The position numbers were made by a program, and so were the translations under genes. Source: Aquincola sp. (GTDB taxonomy: Bacteria; Pseudomonadota; Gammaproteobacteria; Burkholderiales; Burkholderiaceae_C). From it: 40,933 bases of DNA. The notes beneath the pieces are model-generated. The model was not told the DNA's origin. It saw only the letters and a program-made list of their open reading frames with translations, and ran no database searches. Of this stretch, positions 38,849 to 40,933 are shown in pieces. Position 1 is the stretch's first letter; the number at the start of each line of letters is the position of its first letter. The stretch covers positions 1 to 40,933 of the forward strand of contig JAOUIM010000001.1 of assembly GCA_029884035.1 (NCBI GenBank). Direction: 5' to 3'.

Positions 38849-40933
38849 ATGACCCACGCTCTCCCTGCCTTGCGCGACTACCGTCTGCAGGACAACCTCG
38901 CTGCGGCCGCCGGCGCGGTGTTCCTCACCGGGACACAGGCCCTGGTTCGATTGCTGCTGATGCAGCGCCGTCGTGACGAGGCTGCCGGGCTGCGGACCGC
39001 GGGTTTCGTCTCCGGCTACCGCGGCTCGCCACTGGGCATGGTCGACCAGCAGTTGTGGAAGGCAAAGACGCTGCTCGACGCGGCGGGCATCCAGTTTCTT
39101 CCTGCGATCAACGAGGACCTGGCCGCCACCGCGTGCCTGGGCACGCAGCGCGTTGCGCTCGACCCCAAGCGCACCGTCGACGGCGTGGTGGCGATGTGGT
39201 ACGGCAAGGGTCCGGGCGTGGACCGCTCGGGCGATGCACTGAAGCATGGCAATGTCTACGGTTCGTCGCCGCTCGGCGGCGTGCTGGTGGTCGCCGGCGA
39301 CGACCACGGCTGCGTGTCGTCGTCGATGCCGCACCAGAGCGACATCGCCATGCAGGCCTGGGGCATGCCGGTGCTGCACCCGGCCAACGTGGCCGAGTAC
39401 CTCGAGTTCGGTCTCTACGGCTGGGCGCTGTCTCGCTTCAGCGGCGCCTGGGTCGGCTTCAAGGCGATCAGCGAAGTCGTCGAGTCGGCCATGACGGTCG
39501 ACCTCGACGCGGTGCCGCTGGACTTCACGCTGCCGGTGGACTTCACGCCCGCGCAGGACCTTCACGTGCGTGCCGTCGACCTGCCGTCGCTCGCGCTCGA
39601 GCAGCGGCTGGCGGCCAAGCTCGATGCGGTGCGTGCGTTCGCGAAGGTCAACTCGCTGGACAAGCACGTGGTCTCGAGTCCGCGCGCGACGCTGGGCATC
39701 GTCACCGTCGGCAAGGCGCACTTCGATTTCATGGAAGTCTTGCGCCGGCTTGCGCTCGACCCGAATGCGCTGGCCGCTGCCGGCGTGCGGGTCTATAAGG
39801 TGGGGCTGGTGTTCCCGATCGAACCGACGCGGATGCTCGATTTCGTCGGCGGGCTCGAGGAGATCCTCGTCATCGAGGAGAAGGCGCCGGTGGTCGAGCG
39901 TCAGATCAAGGAGCTGCTGTATGCCGTGCCCAACGTGCAGCGGCCGCGCATCGCCGGCAAGACCGACCACGAAGGGGCGCCATTGATCTCGGCGCTCGGC
40001 GAACTGCGGCCGTCGCGGATCATGGCGGTGGTCGCCGAATGGCTGGCGCGATTGAATCCCGCGCTCGATCGGCGCCATCTGGTCGTCGACTTCACGATGC
40101 CCACGCTGCTGTCCAACGAGGCCGACGCAGTGAAGCGACTGCCCTATTTCTGCTCGGGCTGCCCGCACAACACCTCGACCCGCGTGCCCGAGGGATCGCG
40201 CGCGCTGGCGGGCATCGGCTGCCACTTCATGGCCAGCTGGATGGAGCGGGACACCAGCGGCCTGATCCAGATGGGCGCCGAGGGCGTCGACTGGGCGGCG
40301 CACTCGCGCTTCACGACGGAGCGCCATGTATTCCAGAACCTCGGGGACGGGACCTACTTCCACTCGGGCCTGCTCGCGATCCGGCAGGCGATCGCCGCCG
40401 GCGCGAACATCACCTACAAACTGCTCTACAACGATGCGGTAGCGATGACCGGCGGTCAGCCGGTAGATGGTCTCATCAGCGTGCCCGAGATCGCGCGGCA
40501 GGTCGAGGCCGAGGGGGCGAAGCGCATCGCCGTGGTGTCCGACGAGGTCGCGAAGTATCGCGGTCACGAGGCCGAGTTTCCGCGCGGCACCACGTTTCAC
40601 GACCGCGCCGCGATGGACGTGGTGCAGCGCGAGTTGCGCGAGATCGACGGCGTCACGCTGCTGATCTACGACCAGACCTGTGCCGCCGAGAAGCGGCGCC
40701 GGCGCAAGAAGGGTGAGCTCGCCGATCCGCCGCGCCGCGTCTTCATCAACGAGCGCGTCTGCGAAGGCTGCGGCGATTGCGGCGTGGCCAGCAACTGCCT
40801 GTCGGTGATTCCGGTCGAGACCGACTGGGGTCGCAAGCGCGCGATAGAGCAGTCGTCCTGCAACAAGGACTTCTCGTGCCTCAACGGCTTCTGCCCCAGT
40901 TTCGTCACCGTCGCAGGCGCAGTGCTGAAGAAA
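38849..40933 (+). CDS. Indolepyruvate ferredoxin oxidoreductase-family protein (fused IorA/IorB type), 5' partial
   Basis: This frame is not in the supplied ORF track because it has no stop before the window end. Contains FLTGTQALVRLLLMQRRRD..AGLRTAGFVSGYRGSPLG, WYGKGPGVDRSGDALKHGN, DDHGCVSSSMPHQSD and CEGCGDCG...CPSFVTV. In-frame upstream ATGs at 38831 and 38777 are alternative starts. Confidence 0.9.
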   Translation, partial: MTHALPALRDYRLQDNLAAAAGAVFLTGTQALVRLLLMQRRRDEAAGLRTAGFVSGYRGSPLGMVDQQLWKAKTLLDAAGIQFLPAINEDLAATACLGTQRVALDPKRTVDGVVAMWYGKGPGVDRSGDALKHGNVYGSSPLGGVLVVAGDDHGCVSSSMPHQSDIAMQAWGMPVLHPANVAEYLEFGLYGWALSRFSGAWVGFKAISEVVESAMTVDLDAVPLDFTLPVDFTPAQDLHVRAVDLPSLALEQRLAAKLDAVRAFAKVNSLDKHVVSSPRATLGIVTVGKAHFDFMEVLRRLALDPNALAAAGVRVYKVGLVFPIEPTRMLDFVGGLEEILVIEEKAPVVERQIKELLYAVPNVQRPRIAGKTDHEGAPLISALGELRPSRIMAVVAEWLARLNPALDRRHLVVDFTMPTLLSNEADAVKRLPYFCSGCPHNTSTRVPEGSRALAGIGCHFMASWMERDTSGLIQMGAEGVDWAAHSRFTTERHVFQNLGDGTYFHSGLLAIRQAIAAGANITYKLLYNDAVAMTGGQPVDGLISVPEIARQVEAEGAKRIAVVSDEVAKYRGHEAEFPRGTTFHDRAAMDVVQRELREIDGVTLLIYDQTCAAEKRRRRKKGELADPPRRVFINERVCEGCGDCGVASNCLSVIPVETDWGRKRAIEQSSCNKDFSCLNGFCPSFVTVAGAVLKK

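Overview
GC-rich proteobacterial chromosome segment. The gene content looks like Burkholderiales/Comamonadaceae (Bug-family binding protein, beta-type gshA, TorF-porin-glnK-amtB), but that is inference only. I call 42 protein-coding features. I see no rRNA or tRNA genes, no CRISPR array, and no transposase, integrase or phage genes.

Layout from left to right:
1. A secreted CxxC/glycine-zipper protein.
2. A divergent oxidative uronate/aldarate locus. The minus strand carries udh-dctP-dctQ-dctM-lactonase-UxaA-type dehydratase. The plus strand carries gntR-bug-gudD-aldolase. A GTTGT..ACAAC operator-like inverted repeat occurs twice.
3. A fasciclin protein and comM/yifB.
4. TorF-like porin-glnK-amtB behind a good sigma-54 -24/-12 element with two NtrC-like sites.
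5. gshA and gshB, separated by a GFA gene, kup, a small orphan ORF and a membrane-anchored paralog of the glycine-zipper protein.
6. About 5.4 kb of poorly characterised envelope genes: a DUF4198-like protein, a long HupE/UreJ protein with an EF-hand-like loop, a TPR protein, a questin-oxidase-like protein, a secreted GlcG/HbpS-like protein, a small membrane protein, and a TfoX_C gene interrupted by an in-frame TAG.
7. An M16 peptidase and a DUF3014 protein.
8. A leucine/isovalerate (liu) operon, liuB-liuC-DUF4126-liuD ... liuE-ybaK-DUF1289, joined by 4-nt start/stop overlaps.
9. A stand-alone cNMP-binding protein and the 5' part of an indolepyruvate ferredoxin oxidoreductase-family gene that runs off the window.

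Most of the window is ordinary core metabolism. I cannot point to a recognisable defence, toxin or mobile system. The best candidates for something undescribed are:
- the DUF4198 / long-HupE / TPR envelope module;
- the uncharacterised genes translationally coupled inside the liu operon;
- two small orphan ORFs (20502-20852 and 32646-33002) that share a motif.

All family assignments come from reading the translated ORFs and recalling family signatures. No database search was run.
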